Part shown: piece after piece, positions 14,819-28,679 of the stretch
Position numbering within the stretch: the stretch's first letter is position 1
How the letters are laid out: each line of letters starts with the position of its first letter
Source: Octopus vulgaris
Taxonomy: Eukaryota
Reading direction: 5' to 3'
Length of the DNA stretch: 64,000 nt
NCBI GenBank assembly: GCA_951406725.2
Contig: OX597835.1
Coordinates: forward strand, 8,494,001-8,558,000
The notes under the pieces: generated by a model
Told to the model about the DNA's origin: nothing
Seen by the model: only the letters and a program-made list of their open reading frames with translations
The model's database searches: none
Program-made: the position numbers and the translations under genes

Positions 14819-15330
14819 TTGATGTTGCATGTTTAATTCTTGATGAAATGAAACATTCTGAAGTGAAAGTCTGAAAGTTGAAAATATTTCAAGCGAAAGG
14901 CAACATATGAAGCGAGTTTGTTTGTAATCAGAGTAAAACCCGAGAGAATGGTAAAATTAAATGCAGCATAATTCCAGATTCCATTAAAATATGGTTATTC
15001 CATAAATAATAGAAGAGCTGACGAATGGCAGAGTTTGGTTTCCTTTGGCCGAGCTTTCTCTTTCTGCTTTTACAATTTGTGCAGATTCAGGATTTTAACG
15101 ATAATGGAGGGAAAGGTTTTACGACTGAGTTTTACATTCTTGTGCGTTTATAGATGTGAGAGTGTGTGTGTGTGTGTATGTGTGTGTGTGTGTGTATTTA
15201 CAAGTGCATTTGTGTGAGTGTGTGAGTGTTTGTACGTGTGTGTGTGTGCGCGCATCTGTGAGCACGTGTGTATTATTGCATGAATGAAAGAATTGCTGTG
15301 TGAATACAAGACTACTTATTACTCTGAACG

Positions 15331-15366
<36 letters not shown>

Positions 15367-15451
15367 ATGTGTGTGTGCATGTGTATATATGTATATATAT
15401 AAGTATATGTGTATATATATATACATATATATATATATATGTATATATATC

Positions 15452-15487
<36 letters not shown>

Positions 15488-15748
15488 AAGATGCATGCAT
15501 ACATGTATGAATACACACACAAACAAACGAATAGATATGCACGTATGTATATGTGTGTGAATGCTCTTGATATAAACGCTTAAAGAGAGAGAGAAAAGGA
15601 GAGTAGATCGACAAATGAATAATTTGGATGCACAGTATGCTCTTATCTCTTTGAAATATACATGTTCACTCCACCAGTAATTCTGTGTGTTTGTGTGTGT
15701 ACATATATGCACGCAAGTATGAATATTAAATAAATATATATACACACA

Positions 15749-16730
15749 CACGGGGGTGTTCATTAAAGATTTCTTCTGACCAACTTCCGGTTATTGCAGG
15801 AAACGAAACTTGTGCAAGTATAATCATACATGTCTCTGTATGTCACATTGTAAATTACTGCTTCCTACCAGCATTCGTTTGCCTTTTACGGCTGCTGAAG
15901 TGGACTAAGGTGTTAAAATAGAAGAAGTTGAATACAGCTCCGTGGTCAGTATTTTATACTTGAAAAGTTGCACACCAAAAGAGAATTTCGTTGAGACGAA
16001 AGAAATTTATGGTGACGATGTACCATCACATGGCGTAGTCAAGCACTGGCATCGCAAGTACAAATGTTGTCGGATATTGGTGGAACTGCACCTATTCCTG
16101 GACGACCACATTCTACCATTGATGGTGACACCAACCATAAAGTGGAAGCCACAATTTTGGAGGATCGCTGCATAATTATTTGGCAACTAGCCCAAAAAGT
16201 GAAGATAAATGCAAGTTGTCTATACGATGGATTACCCGGATACTCACGCCTTTTCAGAAGCAGAAACGAGTCAATTGCTCCCAGGAGGACGTTTTTAGCG
16301 GACCTATCACAAAGGAGAAAACGTGGGCCCCTCACTATGATTCTGAGACTAAAGTCCAATCGACGCAATGGAAGCATGATAACCACTAAAGAAGGTTAGT
16401 GTCCAACCATCTTCCAGGACCAGTGCATAGTATTGACGATGGATTTTCTGGCAAAGGGCATCACCATTGATGGGAAATACTATGTTTCTGTGCTGCAGAA
16501 ATTGTGGAACGCCATCAAAGCAGAGAGGCGTGGCATGCTGACCAAAGGAGACCATCTCCTCCAAGAAAAAGCCCCAGTTCATAATGCGCATGTTAATCCA
16601 GATGAAAACACACTCCTGCAGCTACGAAATTCTTCTTCATACCCCTTACTCTCCCTCCCTCGCATCATCTGACTTCCTCCTCTTTCCAATTATGAAGTCT
16701 TTTTTTTTTTTTTAAAAGGGAAGCACTTTA
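15749..16730 (+). mobile_element. Mariner transposon fossil
   Basis: acgggggtgttcattaaag TIR-like start. Frameshifted transposase GRP..HTH, RWITRILT (WVPR-like), LLQEKAPVH, YSPSLASSDFLLFP (YSPDLAPSD-like). Confidence 0.85.
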
Positions 16731-16922
16731 TTGTTTTATTCATTTACTTGTTTCAGTGATTTGACTGCGGCCATGCTGGAGCACCACCTTTACACGAACC
16801 GATAAATTTCGGGGACGTAAACACATCAAAATCGGTTGTCAAGCGATGGTGCCACACAGTGGGATTTAACCCGGAACCATGTGGTTGGGAAGCAAGCTTC
16901 TTACCACACAGTCACTCCTGCG

Positions 16923-16964
<42 letters not shown>

Positions 16965-17045
16965 CATATATTTCTATGTATGTATAAGTGTATGTAAGTA
17001 TGCTTGCATGCACATAGGTATGTATGTGTATAGGCTAATGCTTAC

Positions 17046-17078
<33 letters not shown>

Positions 17079-17088
17079 CATACATACA

Positions 17089-17122
<34 letters not shown>

Positions 17123-17419
17123 CATACATACATAAATACATACATACATTAATGCGTATAGATCTCTGCCGATAAAGACACCTGCGGGTTTTATCGCTGG
17201 TTATGTAGTACTTATACTGATATGATTGATGTTAAGAAACCTGATTGGTTTGGGGAACATATTCTATATATATATATATATATATTATATAATTTATGGA
17301 CACACAGACACACACACACTCACACACACTCACACACACTCACACACATACAACTACATACACACACACACACACACATACGCAAATATACATACAGAAA
17401 GATAGTTAGACAGCCAGGC

Positions 17420-17466
<47 letters not shown>

Positions 17467-18027
17467 TACATAGATAAACGCACACAAACTATTATAATCA
17501 AAGATAGGTTTTAAATTACCAATTACAGTCGCCTCACTTCATGTCATCACTGATTTGATGAAGATTCATCCCCCGTCTCTTTCTTCCTCTCACTCCTTCC
17601 TCTCTCTCTTATGCTCATTTTCTCTTATTCCCTCAGTTTCTCTTGTGTCATCCTCTTCCACCTCCTCCTCATATTTATACCCTTTCTCCCCGCAAAGCCC
17701 GACACCCACCCCCACGTGATTAATTCCATACGATAACGTCTCTGCAAATTATATTTCTCGCAACGTTCTTGATTGGTGAATTAGAACAGAGACACTGGTG
17801 GATGCAGGCATCCATCTTGAGATAAATCTTGAGATAAATGTGTGGTAGAGACTTTCATTATTTACCCTCCCCGCCATCGCCCCCCCCCCCCAAATAAAAA
17901 ACACACACACACACAAAAGCAACTAAACCCTTTAATAGAAGTCTTGAAACGTTTACATTTCCATGCTTGCGTCATACCACAAAGAAACCTACTTACCTTC
18001 TTTCTAGTTTCCTCCTCCTCCTCCTCC

Positions 18028-18099
<72 letters not shown>

Positions 18100-18294
18100 C
18101 CACCACCACCACAACCATCATCACCAGCACCACCACCATCATCATCACTACCACTACCACCACCACCACCATCATCCCCACCACCACCACCATCACCACC
18201 ACCACTACCACCATCACCACCACCACCACCACCACCATCACCACCACCACCACCACCACCATCACCACCACCACCACCACCACCATCATCATCT

Positions 18295-19615
18295 TTATCA
18301 TCTTTATCAACACATTGTTAAATTCTAAGATATTCTATGACAAAAGCATAGTGCTTCATTTTCCACTTTGAAGTAATCGAAATTGTATGGCAAGAGATAT
18401 GCACCCACCATTCTTTCTGTATGGCGATGTAGTTCAGCATATTTTAGTACGATGATATATAAATCTTCACGTATATACTTGCATGCACTCAGGCACTCAT
18501 ATCTATATGTCTATCTTCTGCAGACGATAATATCTTTGTCATTTAAACTTGTGTTATTTCACGTATATTCACTAAAACCAATCTAATTCATGCACATAAC
18601 ACACAACACACAATACTGCTCTAACTGAACATAAAACCCTTGAAAAAGCTGTAAAATTTTCCACTCTCTTCTTTGTGAGGTTCAAGTATGGAAACCCCAG
18701 GATGAACCCCTATGAAGGACTACCCAGGTCTTCCTCTCTTTTATTTATAGCGTTAGAGTATACTCCCACAAAATGTCTACCTATAAACAAAGAATTACTA
18801 CGAACTCCCGCTTTCCCGATGTTCCAGTTTTTCTACTTAATTTATATAATGGTTAGAATCATATTTGTATAACTAAATGGGTTGGTGCCATTTACGACCA
18901 ATCGTCCATTCTTTATACATGCGTACATGCATCCATCCAACCAACCATACATACACATGTATGTATGGTTGGTTGGTTGGATAGATGCATGTATAAAAGA
19001 TGGACGGGTGGTCGTAAATGGCACCAACCCATTTAGTTATACAAATATGATTCTAACATTATATAAATTAAGTAGAAAAACTGGAACACCGGGAAAGCGG
19101 GAGTTCGTAGTAATTCTTTATTTATAGGTAGACATTTTGTGGGTGTATACTCTAACGCTATAAATAAAAGAGAGGAAGAACTGGGATGTCCTTTATAGTG
19201 GTTCATCCTGGGGATTCCATACTCGAATCTCACAAAGAAGAGAGTGGAAAATTTTACAGTTTTTTCAAGGGTTTGATGTTGAGTTAGTGCAGTATTGTGT
19301 GTTGTGCGGTTATTATGTCCATGAATTAGATTGGGTTTAGTGAATGTACGTGAAATAACACAAGTTTAAATTACAAAGTTATTATCGTCAGCAGAAGATA
19401 AATATATACATATGAGTGCCTGAGTGCATGTGTGTATATACGTGAAGATTTATATATCATCGTACTAAAATATGCTGAACTACATCGCCATACAGAAAGA
19501 ATGGGAGATGCATATCTCTTGGCATACAATTTCGATTACTTCAAAGTGGAAAATGAAGTACTATGCTTTTGTCATAGAATATCTTAGAATTTAACAATGT
19601 GATGATAAAGATGAT
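18295..19615. repeat. ~1.3-kb near-perfect palindrome (arms ~655 bp, 2-nt loop at 18956-18957)
   Basis: cacattgttaaattctaagatattctatgac at 18311 is mirrored by gtcatagaatatcttagaatttaacaatgtg ending at 19601. Centre reads ccaaccatacataca-ca-tgtatgtatggttgg. Confidence 0.95.
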
Positions 19616-20508
19616 GATGATACATACATACACATGTATGTATGTATGTATGTATGTATGTATGTATGTATGTATGTACTTACATATAAGAGAATAAAGG
19701 GTACGTACGTCGCTATATATATATATATATAAATACAAAATGGAACAAGAACGCAAAACATTCAGAAGGCGATACAATTTACACGGGCGGGTCATTCGAA
19801 GCCTTCAATCTTCAGTTAAGAACCGGATCATCCTCACAATATCGGCTATGTATGTATGTGTGCATGTACCGGTAGACAGTTGTGTTTTTGTAACATAAGA
19901 ATATTTATTGAACACCAAGAAGCTCTTCTCATTAAAAAAAAAAATGAACATTTACCAAGATTTTTTCATATGCCACAATGAAATTACAAACTTTTAAGTC
20001 AAAAAATGTTATCCAACTTTGGGCAGTGAAATTTCACCTTCGCACAATGCACTTCTCGCCATATGAGTGCTGACCGTTTCATACACTTTATCTCTTTAAA
20101 CATTTTCTCACCTGTCTTTTGAACTCTAGCCATTCCCAGACCAAAACACTTCTATTCACAGCTGACATAAATCTCCAGTATTCTCTGGTAACTGTTCAAC
20201 TTATTTGGCTCTTTTACCTGAATGTATTCTATTGCCAAGACTCGCCAAATCAATGATTCCCAACAGAAATATTTTTTTCTAAAATTATATACAGTCTCCT
20301 GGCACGCTCCACAACCTCAGCACATTTTTTACCCCATAAATTATTAATTAACCTTAGATCAGCCCTGATCATGTATCTTTAAGATCAAAGACGTATCGAT
20401 TGCGACGAGACTGAATTTTCTTCACCACAGTGCATCCGGAACCAAGTTCTCCAAACTACACTTCGCAATTTCAGACAGTTGTGTAGTTTGACGCAAATTT
20501 ATTTGCTA

Positions 20509-20902
20509 CTAGCAGTATCGCCCGGCTTGCTCGAGTTTGTAAGGGAAATAGCTATATAAGCATTTTTAGAGAGTTATAGCCAAAAAATAGCAAAAAAGTG
20601 CATTAAAAATGGAAAAAAAATTATGGTAAATTTTTTTAAATCATTGACTCATCGTAGACATTTTTAGAGAGTTCCTTCCCCTATATAATAGCGAAAAAAT
20701 GCATTAAAATGGAAAAAATGATGATAAATATTTTTTAAAATCGTAGACTCATCGTAGACGCTCGCTAATACCCAGAAGGGCTCGATATGAATCACGACTA
20801 TAAGATACCCGGTTTTGGTTAAACTGCATCGCAAAATGTGGGAGTAGTTAGGAATCGAAATCGTAGGAGACAGACACACAACTTCTCTTTTATCTATAAA
20901 GA
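20509..20902 (-). mobile_element. Non-autonomous Helitron
   Basis: On the - strand: A|TC start, subterminal GC-rich hairpin, CTAG|T end, and no TSD. Confidence 0.85.
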
Positions 20903-21315
20903 TTTCCACTCAGATAATCAAACACATGAAATTACAGTCATTGACTCGCCCGGTTTATTTTATGCTGGATTCGTTTCAATCAGATCTTCTCGTATTTTCC
21001 ATCAAAGCATTTCATGCTTGCTTGTTACCGTCCACATTGCTCGCAATATTTCACATTCCGACAAGCAATTGCTGCAATATCTCTCTATTTCCTTTACACG
21101 CTCCACGCAATTTTAATGTAGTTCCGTTCCTGCCACGTTTCTCACCCAATTCTCACACTCTGTTCGTCTAATCATTTCTTCCCCAACACTAATTATAAAG
21201 CAATTTTTCCTGGAATCCAAGTGAGATCTATATTGTGTTTTCTATTAATAAAACCGATTACATACACCCTGCCCACCACTGGACTATATTTCTTATATAT
21301 ATATCTATATCTATA

Positions 21316-21369
<54 letters not shown>

Positions 21370-21387
21370 GAGTAAAAGAGTAAAAGA

Positions 21388-21423
<36 letters not shown>

Positions 21424-21544
21424 TGGTTACGGTAGCGGACTCGCGGTCGTAGGATCGCGGTTTCGATTCCCAGACTGGGCGTTGTGTGTGCTTATTGAGC
21501 GAAAACACCTAAAAGCTCCACGAGTCTCCGGCGGGAGGGGGGGC

Positions 21545-21672
21545 TGTGATGTGGTGTCTGTGAATATATTCCTTCTCAGCCAGGACTAAGCAGCCAGAGA
21601 CAATATGATTTATTGTTTTTTTGTCCATCTCCACATATTCTGCAATTACTTGTATTTCTCTTCATTACATAT
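21545..21672 (-). pseudogene. CCHC zinc-knuckle fragment of a Dong/R4-like element
   Basis: [32 protein letters not shown], abutting (TAA)n. Confidence 0.7.
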
Positions 21673-21674
21673 TA

Positions 21675-21762
<88 letters not shown>

Positions 21763-21779
21763 CATTATTATCATTATCA

Positions 21780-21822
<43 letters not shown>

Positions 21823-21875
21823 CATCATCATTATTATTATTATTATTATTATCATCATCATCATCATCATCATCA

Positions 21876-21951
<76 letters not shown>

Positions 21952-22291
21952 GGTAGGTGTCGTATCATTGTTAGTATCATGAATAATATTCTTCTTTTTG
22001 AAACCGTTATTACAATTAATGCCATTATTATAACTGTTATTGAAATCGCCATGGACATCCTCTTCATTTCCTCTCCTCTTCTCATTATGGCGGATATTCC
22101 TGCTATGTTATATTCACTGCTAATGTCCTTATAATGGCTCCAACATTTTTTCTTTTGTCAGCATCAGAGATAAAAGTTGGTTTTAACTGGCGTTTTATTC
22201 TAATTTATACCACCACTAACACCACCATCACCACAACCACCTACATAATATCCACCACTGATATCAACGCCACCATCAGCATCACCACATC

Positions 22292-22708
22292 GTGGCTGTG
22301 TGGTAAGTAGCTTGCTTACCAACCCCATGGTTCCGGGTTCAGTCCCACTCCGTGGCATCTTGGGCAAGTGTCTTCTGCTATAGTCTCGGGCCGACCAATG
22401 CCTTGTGAGTGGATTTGGTAGACGGAAACTGAAAGAAGCCTGTCGTATATATGTATATATATATATATATGTATGTGTGTGTATATGTTTGTGTGTCTGT
22501 GTCTGTACCCCCACCATCGCTTGACAACCGATGCTTGTGTGTTTACGTCCCCGTCACTTAGTGTTCGGCAAAAAGAGACCGATAGAATAAGTACTGGGCT
22601 TACAAAGAATAAGTCCCGGGGTCGATTTGCTCGACTAAAGGTGGTGCTCCAGCATGGCCGCAGTCAAACGACTGAAACAAGTGAAAGAGTAAATGAGTAA
22701 AAGAGTAC
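22292..22708 (+). mobile_element. SINE family B
   Basis: Homologous to 1817-2420. Confidence 0.9.
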
Positions 22709-22879
22709 AGTTTACTTGTAAGTTAACACTTCGTTTTATCACTGATGTTCAGAAGCTAGGAACATATCAACCTCATCGGTATTCTTACCATCATCATTCC
22801 ACCGGCCGTCATCATCATCATCATCGTCGTCGTCGTCGTCATCTTCGTCTTCGTCTTCGTCGTCATCATAATTATCATT

Positions 22880-23720
22880 TGGTAAAGGATGTTGGAAATT
22901 GTAATCACTGGAAAGACAGTTGCTTCCTGGTAAACCAGAACCATCCACCGAACATCCGTCCAGGAAAGCCCCGAGCAGAATATTACAAAGGAATACAAGA
23001 ATCTATGAATACGAGTTGCGTTCAAAATGTATCCGCCAAAACTAATGTCACATGGGCAAAATTCTTTAGTTGGGAGGCGATGCCACACCTTCTGCGCATG
23101 CATGAAAATGTTCGATCCTGGAGAAAGTTATTCTCGCCGCATCCGTCAGCCTTAATGAAGCCGCGCTGGGCGGGGTTGAGGGGCGTGGCGTGGAGCATCC
23201 TGGCGGCAAGCACCTTAGTGTATAAGCGGTACACCGCAGAGCAGATCGTGAGAGGCCGCCAGTTGGACAGGTCATGCGGGTTTCCTGCCTTCTTTCGAAG
23301 GAGGATCGACCTGCCACGTAACAGTTCCCAGCTGATAAGCCTAGCATCCGCATGTGTAATGCGACCTCGTTAGATTCTCTTTTTTTCACAAGATGACTAA
23401 ATGCATCGAGCACGGACCAATAAACCCATGTCTCACCACTAGAGATTCCGGTCTTCATGTCGTGGTTTTCACAGTCCAGCATGGCCCTGAGCTTTTTCCA
23501 CGTGGAGTCGATTATAATGCAGAAGAATTTCGCCGACACAATCCTTCGTGAAAATGGTATACACTGATTCCGTGCTTATTCGCAATTTTTTGATTCGTTA
23601 CATGACAATTCGCCGAACCTTGTCAATCAGCTCCTCGTTTCGGTTTGTGGGTGCCTTGCTTAAGCTTGCTTCAAGCTCCATGAGATGCAGCCATGCTTCT
23701 AGCCCTTTGTGTCTATATTT
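22880..23720 (-). pseudogene. R2/NeSL-like reverse transcriptase relic
   Basis: SNWRPLTICSAVYRLYTKVLAARM...LNPAQRGFIKADGCGENNF (RT domain 1-2 motifs), frameshifted. Confidence 0.75.
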
Positions 23721-23912
23721 GTTCCCCAGCACAGCTAGACAGCCGGGGTTGGTTTGTTTACGTCTACGTAACTCAGCGCTTTCGGTAAAAGAGCCCAATA
23801 GAATATGTACGGCGCTTTAAAAAACAAAACCGAGGATTGATTTATTCAACAAGATCCTTCCAAGGCAAGGCCTTAGTAGAAATTATCTGAAACAAGAGAA
23901 AGATGAAAGATG

Positions 23913-24003
<91 letters not shown>

Positions 24004-24035
24004 TAAATACACAGACACACTCATATATATGTATA

Positions 24036-24088
<53 letters not shown>

Positions 24089-24132
24089 AAAAAATGAAGT
24101 TTGAAAATGCTGCTATATTAGACAAATTTTAA

Positions 24133-24180
24133 TTTTTAACATGTTTCGGTTCTTGAAATGACGAACCTTATCAAAAAAAA
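24133..24180 (-). ncRNA. Minimal type I hammerhead (inverted twin of 25556-25605)
   Basis: Exact reverse complement of the right-arm motif. Confidence 0.65.
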
Positions 24181-24184
24181 TTAT

Positions 24185-24745
24185 ATATAATAAAGGGAGT
24201 CCATGCTATATGTTTAAAGAGTATGATGTAGTAGTTCATAATTGTGACATATATTCAATAGAGTCAAAATATAAAAAATTCATATATAATAAAGGGAGTC
24301 CATGCTATATGTTTAAAGAGTATGATGTAATAGTTCATAATTGTGACATATATTCAATAGAGTCAAAATATAAAAAATTCAAATATATAATAAAGGGAGT
24401 TCATGCTATATGTTTAAAGAGTATGATGTAGTAGTTCATAATTGTGACATATATTCAATAGAGTCAAAATATAAAAAATTCATATATAATAAAGGGAGTC
24501 CATGCTATATGTTTAAAGAGTATGATGTAATAGTTCATAATTGTGACATATATTCAATAGAGTCAAAATATAAAAAATTCATATATAATAAAGAGTCCAT
24601 GCTATATGTTTAAAGAGTATGATGTAATAGTTCATAATTGTGACATATATTCAATAGAGGGAGTTCATGCTATATGTTTAAAGAGTATGATGTAGTAGTT
24701 CATAATTGTGACATACATTCAATAGAGTCAAATATAAAAAATTCA
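24185..24745. repeat. ~99-bp tandem repeat, about 5.5-6 copies
   Basis: atataataaagggagtccatgctatatgtttaaagagtatgatgtagtagttcataattgtgacatatattcaatagagtcaaaatataaaaaattc repeated head-to-tail. Confidence 0.9.
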
Positions 24746-25555
24746 TGTTCTTGAAAAGGCAAGGAGTTCATTTTAGATTTTACCTTGTGTTCCAATGGGA
24801 GCAACAGTAATGATTTTGGGTCGGTGTCTGTTCGCAATATTTTGGTGAATTTTGTGATTGTTGGGTTTATATCAGCTCAGCTAAGTTGTGGTCACTTGCA
24901 CTTTTCACTGACGTCATATAGTTCCAAACCAATCAAAACCCAGTCTCAACGAATATAGTGAAAAGACTCCTAACTGTATCCTGTTAGGAAACCAACCAAG
25001 CGGAGCGACAGTTTAGCCACGGAAGAAATACGTCATCATTTTTTTGACGAATCGAGATTAGATCTGACCCATGACTGTATCCTGTTAGGTGGCTAGTCCA
25101 GCAGAACGAGACGTCATCAATGTTTTGACCAATCAGAATCGGGTCTGTTAGGTGACTAGTCCAGCAGAACGAGACGTCATCAATGTTTTGACCAATCATC
25201 CTGTTAGGTGGCTAGTCAAGCAGAACGAGACGTCATCATTGTTTTGACCAATCAGAATCGGGTCTGACCCATAGCTGTATCGTGTGGAGAAACCGAGGAT
25301 GATTGGTCAAAACATTGATGACGTCTCGTTCTGTTGAACTAACCAAAAATCATTACTGTTGCTCCCATTGGAACACAAGGTAAGATCTAAAATGAATTCC
25401 TTGCCTTTTCAAGAACATGAATTTTTTTATATTTTGACTCTATTGAATATTATATATGAATTTTTTATATTTGACTCTATTGAATATATGTCACAATTAT
25501 GAACTATTACATCATACTCTTTAAACATATAGCATGAACTCCCTTTATTATATAT

Positions 25556-25605
25556 AATTTTTTTTGATAAGGTTCGTCATTTCAAGAACCGAAACATGTT
25601 AAAAA
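25556..25605 (+). ncRNA. Minimal type I hammerhead, U3-A8 core variant
   Basis: UUUUU-UUGAUAA-GGUUC gucauuucaa GAACC-GAAAC au GUU-AAAAA, with palindromic ACAUGU stem III. Stem I is weak (A-U only). Confidence 0.65.
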
Positions 25606-25681
25606 TTAAAATTTGTCTAATATAGCAGCATTTTCAAACTTCATTTTTTACAAATATATACCCACTCGTATACGAGCTAAT

Positions 25682-25816
<135 letters not shown>

Positions 25817-26451
25817 ATGGTAGTTTTTGTTTGTCTGTGTTTGTCCCCTCACCATCATTTGACACCGATGTTGGTGTGCTTACGTCCCCATAATTTAGCG
25901 GTTCAGCCAAAGAGACCGATAAAGTAAGTACTAGGCTTAGAAAGTCCTGAAGTGGATTTGTTCGACTAAATGCGGTGCTCCAGCGTCGCCGCCGTCAAAT
26001 GTCTGAAACAAGTAAAAGAATAAAAGAATATTATATATATTCATCTGGATATGTGTGTATGTGTTTGTGTATAAGTATGAATATATGGATGGGCGGATGG
26101 ATGGGTGAATGGGCGGATGACGCAATGACTGTATATGTACTGATATAAACGTGTCTTTCTCTGAACCTCCACTATGTAGAATCACTGAATAGGAGTTATT
26201 TCCCTTACAAAGTTACCTCCCATGGTTTGTACTTCTCTTTTTGATTTCCAGCGTAAAATGAATACCACTTGCTTCGCCTGTCTGTCTATCTGTCTGTCCG
26301 ACCCTGTCTTTCTACATTTCTCTCTCTCATTCTTTCTCTCACTTTCCTCTCTTTCTCACGCACGTACACACACACACACACGCACACACACACACACACA
26401 CACACGTAAATATTGAATTCATACACTGTTTGCTTCGCTATATATACTCAC

Positions 26452-26561
26452 GCCTAGGTGTGTGCTTACAGATTTAGCGACGCTCTCTGTCATTCTCTTG
26501 AATCTAGATGTTGTGAACTCCATATTATCCATTACTGTCCGTATACAAATGCATAACGCCA
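26452..26561 (-). CDS. Putative exon 2 of the same unknown gene (LALCICIRTVMDNMEFTTSRFKRMTESVAKSVSTHLG)
   Basis: tttcag acceptor and gtgagt donor. Open in the phase-1 frame left by the 35351 exon, and contains an RFKR furin-like site. Confidence 0.35.
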
Positions 26562-26809
26562 CTGAAACTCACTCCTCTTGCTTTGTTAAGTCAATATTGT
26601 ATCCCTTCTTATGTGTATAAGTATCATTACACTCATAGATTACCGTAACGTTCTCCTAATATCTCCCTACCTACTTACCTACCTACCTATATATATATAT
26701 ATATATATATACATACATACATGCATACAATAGTACGTATGTGAGCGTGTGTGTATGTGTATACTGATGTATGTATGTATGTATGTATGTATGTATGTAT
26801 GTATGTATG

Positions 26810-26858
<49 letters not shown>

Positions 26859-26945
26859 TTATACAAATTTAAATTCAAGGGAGAAAATACACTTGGTGTT
26901 AAATTAATGGTATTATTAAATTAATATATATTTTTCACCCTCATT

Positions 26946-27017
<72 letters not shown>

Positions 27018-27019
27018 CG

Positions 27020-27096
<77 letters not shown>

Positions 27097-28042
27097 CTAT
27101 ACATATGTATGTATATATGTATCTTTTCTCCTTTGTACGGCCCTACCTCGAATACTCCTCATACACCGTCTTAAAGCGTTGAAATTCTATTCTCTCCAGC
27201 GCAGTTGTTTCATATGTCTAGAATATACCACAAGCATTGTCCAAACGACCTCAATATTAGCTTCAAAATTCATCCAAGCCTAGTTTTGTGGAGAAAGGGT
27301 TCGTTGGTAGTATAGACCCAGAACATGACTGGTACTTCATATAATCGAGCGCAGATCTATAAAAGGCCAAACTGAGCCAGGGAGGATTTGAACTGACAAC
27401 GTAATAAATAAGAAAATGTTTCTATAACATATATATTGAAAGCTTTCGCTCATGGGAGACAACTTAGCTCAAATATTCTTTTCTAAATGAGGCACGCGGC
27501 CTGGTATTTGGTAGAACGGGTAGGATCGATAAAATCGACCCCAGTATTCAATTTGTACATATTTTATTGAATCCCAAAGGATGAAAAGCAAAGTCCAGAG
27601 CATAAAGACGAGCAAAATGCCGCGAAGCATTTTGTCCGGTGTGCTAACAATTCTGACAATTTGCCGCCTAAATTTAACTTTTCGATTGGTTTAAAATTTT
27701 GTACAGGTGAAAGATCAAGTCGATTACGTCAATTTCAGGGGTCAACTTGTATTTATTTTATTGATCCCGAAAGCCAACGTTGACCTCGGCGGCTTTTGAA
27801 AGCATAAGGACGGACTAAATGTCGCTAAACTATTTGACTGACATGCTAACGATAGTGTCAGTTCCCTTAGGGAAATAAATAGAATTTTTTACAATATAAC
27901 AAAAAAATGTTTAAAAAGCATATTTTTCATTTGCATTTCTGCTGAGTTGACTATCATTATTCCGATCACCTCCAGGATCTGATTATAGGATTAGATCTCA
28001 TTACTTCATAGATAGTTTATTTCGTTATTATGTCCTATCAAC

Positions 28043-28510
28043 AAGGCGGCGAGCTGGCAGAAACGTAATCGACTTAATCCGTTTGTCTGTCCTTGTTTGT
28101 CCCCTCTGTGTTTAGCCCCTTGTGGGTAGTAAAGAATATTTAAAGGCGGCGAGCTGGCAGAACCGTTAGCACGCCGGGCAAAATGCTTACCGGTATTTCG
28201 TCTGCCGCTACGATCTGAGTTCAAATTTCGCCGAGGTCAACTTTGCCTTTCATCCTTTCGGGGTCGATGAATTAAGTACCAGTTACGCACTGGGGTCGAT
28301 ATAATCGACTTAATCCGTTTGTCTGTCCTTGTTTGTCCTCTCTGTGTTTAGCCCCTTGTGGGTAGTAAAGAAATAAGTATTTCGTCTGCCGTTACGTTCT
28401 GAGTTCAAATTCCACCGAGATCGACTTTGCCTTTCATCCTTTCGGGATCGATAAATTAAGTAGCCCCTCCCCCTAATTTTCGGGCCTTGTGCCTAGAGAA
28501 GAAAAGGATA
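28043..28510 (+). mobile_element. SINE family C (MetaSINE-like central domain), tandem partial copies
   Basis: aaggcggcgagctggcagaa head, and gactttgcctttcatcctttcggggtcgataaattaagtaccag repeated. Confidence 0.85.
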
Positions 28511-28679
28511 TTTTATTTCATCAACGACCACAGAATAATACCATACAAAATCCTCACGTGACGTAGATGCTACACACCAAACATGAATTGACTCTATAAA
28601 CTGACCCCATCAGAGCATTCTCCAGTCCCTTTCATAGTTACAAAAATCTCAAGGACTTCAGGTATTAAGGTCACCACAT

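Larger units (their letters stand above)
24083..25655. mobile_element. Fold-back (inverted pLTR-like) element with a hammerhead in each arm and internal 99-bp tandem repeats
   Basis: 24083-24817 is mirrored by ~25344-25655 (e.g. gaaaatgctgctatattagacaaa / tttgtctaatatagcagcattttc). Flanked by (TA)n. Confidence 0.75.

Noticed and set aside
19355-19400. CUGACGA...UAAACUUGU in the palindrome arm
   Set aside because: Lacks G12 and a stable stem I, and the other arm has CAGACGA.
24185-24745. CRISPR-like regular repeats
   Set aside because: Contiguous 99-bp tandem units with no unique spacers, in a eukaryotic context with no cas genes.
26217-26277. Possible third exon of the candidate - strand gene
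   Set aside because: The acceptor lies in a GACA repeat without a polypyrimidine tract, and all three frames are open so it is uninformative.
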